Shown: piece by piece, positions 40,777 to 52,396 of the stretch | Position numbering within the stretch: position 1 is the stretch's first letter | How the letters are laid out: each line of letters starts with the position of its first letter | From: Geosiphon pyriformis uo1 | Taxonomy: Eukaryota; Fungi; Glomeromycota | Direction of reading: 5' to 3' | NCBI GenBank assembly: GCA_016748015.1 | Contig: JAAOMT010000503.1 | Span: forward strand, 732,305-796,304 | Length of the DNA: 64,000 nucleotides | The notes under the pieces: generated by a model | Told to the model about the DNA's origin: nothing | Seen by the model: the letters and a program-made list of their open reading frames with translations, nothing else | Databases searched by the model: none | Translations under genes and position numbers: made by a program

Positions 40777-43224
40777 AGCCAATCCTCTGTAAGATCGATC
40801 CAAATTCTAGGCTCCTCCTTTCTCTATGTCTATAATGTTTGGCGATTAGTTGACGTAGCTCTTCTTTTGAATTACTTGCCAGCTCAAAATTACTTTGATA
40901 AATGATAAATCCTAACCTATTCAGGATAGGTCTTTGTGCAGTGCGTTGATCACACTGTAATAAAAAATTTTTTTTATTTTCGTCAAAGTATTACGTAATA
41001 GAAGCTTTTACAAGAATTTCTTTATAAAAAAGATTATTGGTACAATTGATCTTTAATATAGCTTTTTAACAATTTTTTTGGTATAATTCTTTTATAATCT
41101 ATACAAGTTGTTATGCTTAATTAATTATAAACATGAATTATGCAGTTTTAACACATAATCAATTATTTAGATTTTTGTTTAAATTAAATTATGTTAATTA
41201 AAAAACAGAATTATTTTTAAAGCATTTATTTTAAATATAAAGTAATTTAAATTTAATAATAAAATTTATAATTTAAAAACACTATTTTGTTTAAAAAAAA
41301 TTTTAACTTTTTTTTATTTTATTATTATTAAAGTTTTTTGTAATAAATTTTTTTTTGAACTTAATAAAATTTTTAAATAATTTGCTTAATACTTTATAAA
41401 AATTTTTAATTTAAGTTTTTACAAAAAAAAATTTTTTGTTTTTATTTAAAACTAAACAGTTTTATTAAACAAAAAAATAATCAAAGTTATTAAAAACCGA
41501 TAAGCTTAATTATAAATTTTATTAATTAAAACAGATTTATAATTAAGTTTTAAAAAAACCAATTTAAAATTTAATAAATAAAAAACAGTTTTAAAATAAA
41601 ATATTAAATCAATATATTAATTTATAAAAATCTTAAAAACTTAAAAACAAATTTTAATAAACAATTTTATACTTAAAACTTTATTTATTTATTAAGTAAA
41701 GTCCAACTGCTATCTAATACATAGAGTCAAACTAAGTGACCCAAACTAAACACAATTTATGCACTTACTACATATGGCTAGCCACTCAGGCCAGTCAAGG
41801 CAACACTACACACCTATATTAACATTAACGACACCACCTAGACCAGAAAAAAAACAGCACGGCAAATAATAACCAAAGCTAACAGTAAATAATTCAACCA
41901 CACCAAGCATTCTAATCACTCCACCCGACAATATAGAAGAAATATCACGAGACAGACCAGAAACAACCCCACCATCAGCAACCAAACCAGCCCTCTTCAT
42001 TTGTACTCTGTGCTTAGATCTCATCAACTATGCCTTCACATGATGTAAATCAGCTACAAACCTAACAAAACCGACAACCTCACCAGTGGCCTGCTTCTTA
42101 TCTTCAAACACACCTCGAGCTTCTTCACACCATTCATCCAGCATGAAGCTCTTATACACAATAGAATACAAACCAACATCTAAAGAACAGGCAGACAATG
42201 TCTGCAAAACAGCTAAAGACGACGAGTTACAAAGACCTGCCACCAAAATCCAATAAGCAAAAGCCTTAACCAGAACCTCATCACAAATAACAACATTCCT
42301 AAAGCACATGAAAGCATGGTCAGAAAATTCCACTCTACCACACAGCAAGCACAATACACCAAGATAATTTCTATCATACAGTTTTTTTTGAACAGCTACT
42401 GAAAAGCACCTGTTGTTACCAGACAAAATTAAAGATATTGTTTAGCATAAAAATACTCTTATAAATCTTATTATTAATTAGCATATATTATTGTTTCAAA
42501 TTATCACTTATTACACTAGCAAAATGTCCGAAATTATCATTTAACTAATAACCCAATTTGTACATAACACAAATATAACCTAAGTACAATGATCAATCAT
42601 GCAATATCCTGAAATATGTAACATTCAAAAGTTCGCCGAAATTTGTAGAAATTTGCCGAAATAATTGATAGTTTACCAAAATATCTAATAGTTCGCAGAA
42701 ATAACTTGTAGTTTGCTGAAATGTATCTTTAGTTTAGCAAAATTGTAGAAAAAAGCAAAGTTCAAGTTTATAGAATAGTGTTATGACAAGTTGTATAAAA
42801 GAAGAGCTTTTCTCTTCAAAAAAATGTATCTTATTTTAGATTTATTACTTAGAACCATTTCTATACACACAAAAAGAAATAAATATCAAATAAATTCAAA
42901 AAACAAAATTCTTTAATTATTGTACTTGGAAAATCCCCAAAATCCAACTAACATTTTGAAATTAATTAGCTACCAATTTCAGTAAACTGTTAGTGACTCC
43001 AGGCCTGAATAGAAAAACGTTTCCCTTGATAAAATTCTATTTCTTTTATTTTTCTTTTTTTTTCTTATTACAATCATTAGGGTAGCCTACAGACAAGATT
43101 CCTGTAGAAGAGTTGACTTTCACAGCAAAGTAACTACACATTTTTAGTGAGCTTTCAGATGATGTTACTCATAGAAATATAAGAAATATATTAACATAAT
43201 TATTAGTCAATCAGAAGTAAGCAT

Positions 43225-43385
43225 AGTAAATGTGGAATTCCAGAATTCCTCTCAGAAATTGCAGGATTCCAGGAATTTCAGGATTCCCAACAAAGAATTG
43301 CAGGATTCCAGAATTCCAGGATTTCTTTCAAAGGAATCGCAGGATTCCAGGAATTCCAGGATTCCTGTCATAAAGAATTGAGGAA
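43225..43385 (+). repeat. GGAATTGCAGGATTCCAGGAATTCC-type short repeats in U3 of LTR-A (present in all A LTRs)
   Basis: Visible upstream of the TATA-like TATATATAG; copy number varies between LTRs. Confidence 0.8.
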
Positions 43386-44019
43386 TTTTAATTATGTATA
43401 TATAGCAATAGTGTTAGAAACAGAAAAGACAGAATTGATACCACAGAATCCTTAACCTAGAAACACAATTATCAAATAAATAATTATTTCATATCTCAAA
43501 TCCATTCCCCACTATCAACCCTTCATGTTGATAGAAATTGATACTTAACCATGCTGGAACAATAGCTCTTGATCACAGCTATTGACGGAATGCTAATCTG
43601 CAAATTGCCTTGGCTTATTTCTTTGCTTTTTTTATTTTTTTTTATTTTTTTTTTCTTATTTTATTTTTGATTTGTTGTTATATACTAATTGATAAAAGAT
43701 TAAGCGCTGAGTTATTGATGTTAAGGATAGCCTGATAAAAGATCCAGAAATACAGGTAGGATTTTATATATTATCGGATAGCTTACCAGAAGGGCATGAC
43801 TGCCAGACTAAATCCGGCCACCACGCTGAGAAAGAAATTGGGAAAACTCTTGGAAAATATATCTACTATCGACATTATTGAATCTCTGTCCATTATACAA
43901 AAGACTCAACCAAAACCTTCAGATACAGCATCTTCAGAACAGTCTCAATGAAAGTAGCTTTTGAGCACCAAGTTATGAGTTTGTTATTTAATTCAAAGCA
44001 GAAATAATTACCTGTAACA

Positions 44020-44037
44020 TTTGGTGCTCTCTGTGAG
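44020..44037 (+). promoter_or_regulatory. Primer-binding site of family A, shared with family D (13921-13939)
   Basis: TGG start 2 nt after the LTR, complementary to a tRNA 3' end ...CUCACAGRGAGCACCA. The tRNA is not established; elongator Met or Ile are candidates. Confidence 0.8.
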
Positions 44038-44081
44038 ATATAATCTTACAGAGAACCAGCACCAACAACACCAAACCAAAA

Positions 44082-47000
44082 GTGGCAGAATCAGAAATTA
44101 TAGGAGCAAACCATTTAGGATTTGCAAAATCTTTATTTCAACACTATTGTCAATACTTGGAATTAAACCACAATCATATATCTACTGAATTAATCTTCAA
44201 TTTTTACGTCAACGAAAAGATTTCCTTTTTATTAGGAACACTAGTGAATACTGAATCAGCAAGAGAAACTTTCTATAAAGAATTAATTCAAAACACCAAC
44301 CTACCAACAAATCATAATTTTGCATCCATCATTACTGAGATCAACAAAGAAATTGAACACCACACTCAACAAAAATATCCAATTACATATGCTAATAAAG
44401 GCAAAGGATAATTACAAACACCAGCAGTAACACCCAGAAAATTACAGCCACCTGCTTGGAAGAAAAACAGAGTTGAATCCCCAAGCAATCCATTCTACCA
44501 CTATACACCTGGAAGCACCATCAACATATCATCAACCGATGCGTTCTCATCAACTGCAACATCAGCATTTGGACGATTCCCATTCCAAAGTAGACAAAGA
44601 AAAACAGAATTGTTAGAACCATATGGTGAATACTTTAAGGGATTTAATTTGTGATCATCAACCCCATCAGGACTTCGATCACCACCGCCTTCACCAGATT
44701 TCGGAATCTCTGATCTGTGGGAAGCAGCAGAATCAGAAAAAGAGGAAGAAGAATTAGAGGATCAAGAATTTACTTACCAAAACCCAATTACTGAAAGCCC
44801 AGAAGTTGAAACCCTGAATCTTCAAGCTCAGCAAAATTTAAATATAGACAATTTGAAAATCGAAACTCCGAATCAGCAAAGACAGAACAATCCAAAACCT
44901 GAATTAATTAATTAGCAAAACTTACCTCTGATAATCGTCATTGATCAACCGCTGATTAATCCAGTAGCTGAACCTATACAACAGCCACTTCAACTACCAC
45001 CCCAACAACTACTTCAACAGCCACCACAACCACCTAACTTAAACCCAATGGCCTATGCACCCATCGCAAAACTTGACAACTTTACTGGTGAAGAGGATGA
45101 TGCTCAAGTATGGCTGAATAATGTAGAAAAGACCATCACAGCCAACAGATGGAATAATGTCCGAGCCATGCAAGCCATTCCCTACTTTCTCAAGAATACT
45201 ACCAATTTATAGTATCAGAGCTTGGTTAATAAACCACAAGATTTCAATGCCTTCAAAGTGGAATTCCTAAGATACTTTAGCAACAACAATAGCATCAATT
45301 GCCTAGTCAATACATTTACCACCATGAAACAAGAAGAAACTGAAGCAGTCACCACTTACCTGGGATGCTTCCATCGAAACTTGTGCCAAATTCAAGCAAT
45401 TGACAACGACTATTTCACAGCACCACAGATACTCAACCAGTTTATCCATGGCTTACGCAGCAGCATCTTGCAACATGTACATCTGTTGTATTCTGGTATG
45501 CTTCAAGACACAGTCACACGTGCCAGAGATTTTGAATCTACTGAGTTAGAGGCTAATCATGTCCAAGCCGTTAATCTAGTAATGAACGGATCATCTGAAT
45601 TGGATTCTAAATTGGAGAAGTTCAGTGAATCAATCAATAAGAGATTGGAAGGATACTTAGCTGACAATTACGCCATTTATCAGTCTTCACAATGACACAA
45701 TAACCAAGAACATCCTAATCGTGGCCAAAATCAACCATGTCCATCTTCATCAACCAATCAATAGTGACAACAGGAAATGCATATCTGCCACTATTGTGGT
45801 AACCAAGGACATATCCAAATTGACTGTCACCAGCATTTAAATAACCAATGATTAGGAAATCAATATCGAAACCCCGATCGCTGGTTTCAAACTCCGAATC
45901 ATTATCCAAATCAAAGTCAAGACCAATATTGGAATAATTACCTGCCAATGACGCAGCAACCAATCTATCAACCGCCAGTATATCAACCTCCGATTTATCA
46001 GCTGCAGCCACAAGTAATATATCAACCACAGCCACAAATTATCTATTAACCCCAACCAATTCAAACACTACCCCAGAACCCAGCTCAAATGACATCAGGC
46101 AACCCTCAATCCAGAATCACTCAAAACTGGAGATCAGCAATGGTTGTTCACCAACCAATTCCCCATTCACTAGATCCACCATCAAGATCACACACCTAGA
46201 ATTTGGATACCAGTCATGTCCAAAACCCAAATTCCCAACATTATTTAAGTCTCCTGGTTACCCCAGAAAATGCCACATCTAACAACACAGAATCCCATCA
46301 GCATGTACCTACCAACACAATTTCACCAGCAACCATCTTTAGCGACGAATCCCTAGCAGCTATCTTTCCTTTTAAACTTGAAGAAAACACACTAATACCA
46401 TTATTCAGTGGAGCTGCCCTCGAAGAGAAACCTATAACAGCAATGTACACGGATGCCAGAGTTAATGGTCATCTCATCAAACTCATCCTAGATAGTAGAT
46501 CAGCTGGCAGCATAATCACATGACAACTCATGGATCAATTAGGTCACTGAGTTGATCAAGCTGCCAGCGCCAGAATTATCACAGCTGACGGAGTGACCAA
46601 AACTCCAATCGGTGAAATTGACGAGTTTCCTTTTGAAGTCAATGGCATCGTGACTTCTATTAAAGTTCTAGTAATAGAAGCCACTCAATACCAAGCTCTC
46701 GTTAGTAATAACTGGCTATCAAAAGTCAACGCAATGTTAGACTGGAACACCCAGGAACTCCAGCTAATGTATTAGGGCCAACACATATGTGTTCCGGCCA
46801 CATGTGGCCACTTCAAAACACCTCCAAGAGAAAAACTATTGATCGAACTGGAGGAGGAGAAAGAAAAGCCTACCAAGTATTGTGGGCTGACGAAGAGCAC
46901 AATGAGCTGCCACCAATACTCTCCTGGGACGACAACAACAAGAAAAAAGGGAAACAAAAAAAAGAACTTACCTGGAAAACCGATAACCTGACATGGACCG

Positions 47001-50000
47001 ACAACAATGAGAGCAAACCGACTTCAAGCTGGAAATGGGAAGAAGACAAAGAAAATAAAGGGAAAGGAAAAGAAAAAGAGACCACTCAAACCACTACCAC
47101 TTATAACACCCACACTATACCACAACAATCTACCTATCGTCGACCTAAGCTTATATGCGTCGATTGCAGTAAGAAATTGTCGTCAATGGGCGCATGCTGT
47201 GGCGACAATGAGGAATACCACACTACAACAAAATTCTACTGTCATCCATGCTTATTCGAATGCTTTGGACGACCAAAAAGACAAGAAAAATGGGATAACC
47301 AACCTTGTCTCGCTTGTGGGGAGACCTGCTAGATGAAGAAATGTGGAATGACATCTCAGGATGTAGAGAAACATGTAATGTATTGTGTCAATACACAATT
47401 CTAATAAGCAACTGGGTAAGGAAAGAAACCTCAATGGAAGCAGTCTGGCAAAGAGCCGTACAGCAACTAGACAGTTGTCCACATGATGACGATAAAATAT
47501 GGCAAATGGCACTTGCCAAAATTGAAGGGGCGATGCCAGAAGAGATAAAAATGATTAAAGACAACCCCCCAGAACTTTTAGAGCTTGACTGGGATGCAAA
47601 ACCCATCATAAACCTCCTGGATCTAGAACAATTCCACGAACACTACCAAGAATTAGCACCCACAAGGGAAGAACAAAAACAACGATTAAAGCAGTTGAAT
47701 GCTCGACTATGTTAACACTGCCTAATTCCCTGTGACTTCTAGTATTGTGATGAGTGTGACCTCATCTACAATCTACCACCACGCATGATCTACTTGATCC
47801 CTGAAGAAGAAGAACCAATCAGCAGCTGTGCATCAGAATCAGAATCGCCAATCAATTGTGATTCAAACTCTGACGATGACGACGATAACAATGGTTCAAG
47901 CTCTATTCAAATTGGCAATGATGACAAAAACAATTTAGACTCAGATTTAAAACCCAATGTAAACTATGAACAATACATTGCACTACCAGATCTCTCCAAG
48001 GAACAAGAGTTGAAATGGTATAGTGACAATAGGGAAGGTATTATGCCAGAACGTGCACATAACACAGATGCAGGGTTTAATCTGAGATATCCAAGAAAAG
48101 ATGTCATCAAATTAGAACCGCATTCATGCACCTGCATTGATCTGAAAATAGCACTAGAAATTCTGGCAACAACAATGGTTCAATTAGCATCTAGGAGTAG
48201 TTTAGCAAAAAGAGGGATCAATATAAAAGGAGGAATAATTGACATGGGATATGTAAGAAATATTATCGCTATGCTACAAAATGACTCAGAAAAAGCCTAT
48301 ATAATAGAGCCCAACAAAAAGATAGCACAGGCAATATTCCTGCCTCTGATTAGAGTAGCTCAGTTACTGTCAGTGGGAAAGAGGGAGGAATTGGGAATAA
48401 CAGCAAGGGGAATACAAGGATTTGGATCAACGGGTAGAATAGAGATATCAGTTAATATGATGAAGGAAAAAATTGTTGGCCAAGGAGAAATTATCTCAAC
48501 TGGTCAAGCTATTTCCATTCCACCATATAGCCAGTACATGTTAGCAATAGAAAGAAAGGAAAAGGAGCAAGAACAGATTTTTGAAGTGGAAGCAACCCTT
48601 TGTGAATTAGGAGAGATTGGGTTGATCAATCTCTACATACTAGCCAAAAGCTATAACAGCATAAAAATTCCCATCTACAACAACACTGGCAATATTATCA
48701 ACATACCAGAAGGAACCACCATCGGATATTTAATCACAGAAATAGAAGACCAATTACCAAACTCCATTCCAGACTTTCCACAACTTTGTGGATATGTTGA
48801 CATTACATCACAAACAATCTATGGACAAGACAAATGTTATTTGCTCCAACTAGAACAATTGGAACAAATGAACATGGGAAACTTAGATTCACTCCAATGT
48901 ATGCAGTTCAAGATGTTACTTAACAATTTCAATGACATCTTTGCCAGTGAAAATGAGTTTGGCCAAACTGACATTATCCAGCATCAGATTAAGACTGAAG
49001 ATGCAATGCCAATTAAACAAAAAGCATACAAAGTGCCACCAGCCAGCCACAAGATTATTCGTCAAGAGATAAACAGAATGCTTAACAATGGATTAATTCA
49101 ACCATTAATGAGTCCATGGTCATTACCAGTGGTACTCGTCCATAAAAAAAATGGAAAAATCTAGTTTTGTGTAGACTACAGGAAACGCAATGGTGTAACT
49201 CGTGGAGACAGTTATCTAACTCCACGAATACAGAAATTATTCGATGCTTTCGGTGGGAACAAATGGTTTTCCACATTAGATTTGAACAGTGATTACTGGC
49301 AAGTAGCCATGAATTCAGCTGACAAGGAGAAGACGGCATTTACTACTAGAGAAGAGAATTTTGAATTTAAAGTAATGCCATTTGGCTTAACCAATGCCCC
49401 AGCAACTTTCCAATGGCTAATGGAAATTGTTTATACTGGCTTATTGTGGAAATTAGTAGTTATATACTTGGACAACACCAATGTATTCTCAAAGACATTT
49501 GATAATCATCTTCATCATTTTCAACAAGTGTTTGAAAGACTAAGAAGAGCAGGACTAAAGTTAAATGTGACAAAGTGCTTCTTTGGCAAAACAGAACTCA
49601 AATTCTTGGGACACATAATCAGCAAAGACGGCATCAAAACAGATCCAGAAAAAATAGAGATAGTAAAGAACTTTCCAGTACCGACCAATATAACAGAACT
49701 GAAATCATTCTTGGGATTTACCAGTTACTATCGTCATTTTATCAAGAATTTTTCCAAGATAGCACAGCCATTCAATTAACTGCAAAACAAAAATGCGAAA
49801 TATGAATGGACAGAAAGTCAACAAAAAGCTTTTGATATTCTGAGGAAAAAGCTCATCTAAGCTCCAGTACTGATCTATTCAGATTACAGCAAACCATTCA
49901 TTATCACTACCAATGCATCCAGTCAAGCATTGGGAGCAGTATTATCTCAGAGAAGACTGGATGGCAGAGAACATCCAGTAGCATATGCCAGCAGAGGTTT

Positions 50001-50268
50001 AACACCAGCTGAAAAGAACTATGAAACACCGGAACAAGAACACTTAGCAATATACTGGGCTGTCATGAAATGGAAAGAATACTTGAGCCAGAAGTTTGAA
50101 GTATACACAGATCACAAGGAATTAACATCACTCCAAAAACAAGAATTTGGAGATGGAAGACAGTCAAGATAGAAAATGGCACTCGCACCATACAAGTATA
50201 CTATACATTACAAAAAAGGAAAAGACAACAGAAATGCTAATGGTTTATCGCAAATAAGACAAATTTAA
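44082..50268 (+). pseudogene. A4 polyprotein: N-terminal extension, capsid, CCHC knuckle, aspartic protease, Cys-rich domain, dUTPase, dUTPase-like relic, RT, RNase H
   Basis: FTGEEDDAQVWL; CHYCGNQGHIQIDC; LILDSRSAGS; DAGFNL/ASRSS/GGIIDMGY/KIAQAIF/RGIQGFGSTG; VMPFGLTNAPATFQ, YLDNT; RNase H ending NANGLSQIRQI*. Two small frameshifts at ~46870 and ~47325. Confidence 0.93.
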
Positions 50269-50331
50269 GAACATTTCAACCCAAAAATATAATAAAACCA
50301 GAACAATACCAATAGAAAAATACAACAAAAG

Positions 50332-52396
50332 ATGAACATACAAAAATATCAACAATTACAACATTATTTAAACACTCAACAATTCAAGGAGAATTTATCT
50401 CATACGGAACAAAGGAGTATCAAATACCAATTAAAATATTTCATCACTCACCAAAATATATTTTATCAGAAAAATAGAAGGGATCTAGATCAACCAATCA
50501 AAGTAATTATGGAGCCAGAAAAAGAGACAATATTATTCAATATGCACTCAAATCCAACAGCAGGACATTTTCACAAAGAAGCAACCATAGAAAGAACTAG
50601 AAAAAGATACTATTGGTCATTAATGTACCCAGACATCATTCAATATGTTCAAAATTGTGACGCTTGTCAGCAAAGAGGAGGAACAAGACCCAGTAAACCA
50701 TTAAGACCAATCAAAGTGGAACAACCATTTGATCATATGGGAATTGATTTAGTAGGACCATTAACAATCACCAGCAGAGAAAACAGATACATAACAGTAG
50801 CTATGGATTATCTTACTAAATGGCAGAGACAAAAGCAATTCAAAGAGCGGATGCAGAATCCATTGCCAAATTCATTTATCAGGATTTAATTTGTCGACAT
50901 GGATGTTCAAAAGAATTATTATCAGACCAAGGAACTCATTTTGTGAACAGAACATTAACAGAATTGAGCCAAAAATTCGGAATCAAGAGACCATTATTAT
51001 CATTATACCATCCACAAACCAACGGATTAGTAGAAAGATTTAATAGAACATTGTGTGAAGCAATAGCCAAGCTCAGCCAAAAAAACCAGAACGATTGGGA
51101 TTTGTTCATACCATCAGTACTATTTGCTTATTGGACAACGAAACAAGATACTATACAAGCAATACCATTTAAATTAGTATATGGGAGAATAGCAACATTA
51201 CCAGTAGAGAGAAAAATTAATACATATCCAGCTGAACCAATAACAGAGAAAAATTTTTAAGAAACATTGCTGAGAAAAACATATGACTTAATGAAAACAT
51301 TGGAAAACAAACAAAGAAGAGCAGCTAATAATATCCAAAAATCACAAAAAACACAGAAAGAAAGACACGATAGTCAACTACCAGACAAACCAGTTAAATT
51401 CAAAATCAGAGACAAAGTATTACTACATATACCAAAGCAGAAAAACAATGGAGTGGAAAATTTGACCCCAAATAGGACGAACCATTTCACATAGAAGAAA
51501 TTCTAGGAAATGGAGCTTACAAATTAAGATTGGATAACAAAATTTTAACCAAAGCAGCATATGGAGATCAACTAAAACCATATCACAACATCACACTACC
51601 ATCTACCAGTAATATTCCACAATTAGGAGTACAGAGAATACTAGTCCAACCAAATAAAATTTCATAAGATTGGGAACCAATCATTATTATCAACAACAAC
51701 ATGTTAAATTGATCCATCAAAAGAATATATAAAGACATAGTAGATGCAACAGAAAATATCAGAAAAATGGAAATTACAGACAACATTCACTCACTAGCAC
51801 AACAACTCTTTCAATTAATCCAACACCAGGAAATGAAGATTACAATCAATCAACAAACCATTCGATATCAAGATACTAGAAAGACATTTCAACTCAGAAC
51901 ACAGAGGAAAACTGAAAATACTGTGAACAAAATCATGGCAAAAGTAAAATTAGCAATAAAAAAATTGACAAAAGAGTCACTATATCAAGAGTTGACTAAA
52001 GAAACTTGGAATTGGTAGATACAACAATTTCCACAAAACTATTGTTATTTTTACTTAGGACAACACGTAAATATCCAGAATCTATATACAGATAAAACAA
52101 AGCAATTATTTGACCAAGGAGTACTACAACAATTAAAATATTTTGTGGAAAAGAACAACTTATTTACACAAGCCCAAGCCATATACTGAATACACACAGC
52201 ATTTCAAGATAAACCAGAAATACTGCTTAACAGAGCAATGGATCTGGTTACCAGTAATCAATTGGGAAAAATCACCAATGCTCAATTTAAAGAATTACAG
52301 ACCCAAATAACACAAGTAATTCTCAAAAACAAAATCCAGAAAATACTTTAAAAGGAAGAATTACATGAGTTAGATTTCGACGGAGCTCAATATTAA
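50332..52396 (+). pseudogene. A4 integrase (HHCC, DDE, GPF) plus in-frame ~230-aa unknown domain (51701-52396)
   Basis: Own ATG after the RNase H stop. HSNPTAGHF...CDACQ, GIDLVGP, LSDQGTHF, NGLVERFNRTL. Ends DFDGAQY* next to the PPT. Confidence 0.9.

Noticed and set aside
43540-43590. ATACTTAACC...GATCAC resembling the U1 snRNA 5' end and loop I
   Set aside because: It lacks the exact ACTTACCTG, the downstream stem-loops and an Sm site, and is better explained as an LTR hairpin.
51701-52396. 3' ORF as a retroviral env gene
   Set aside because: No signal peptide, transmembrane segment or evident furin site, and it is in frame with integrase.
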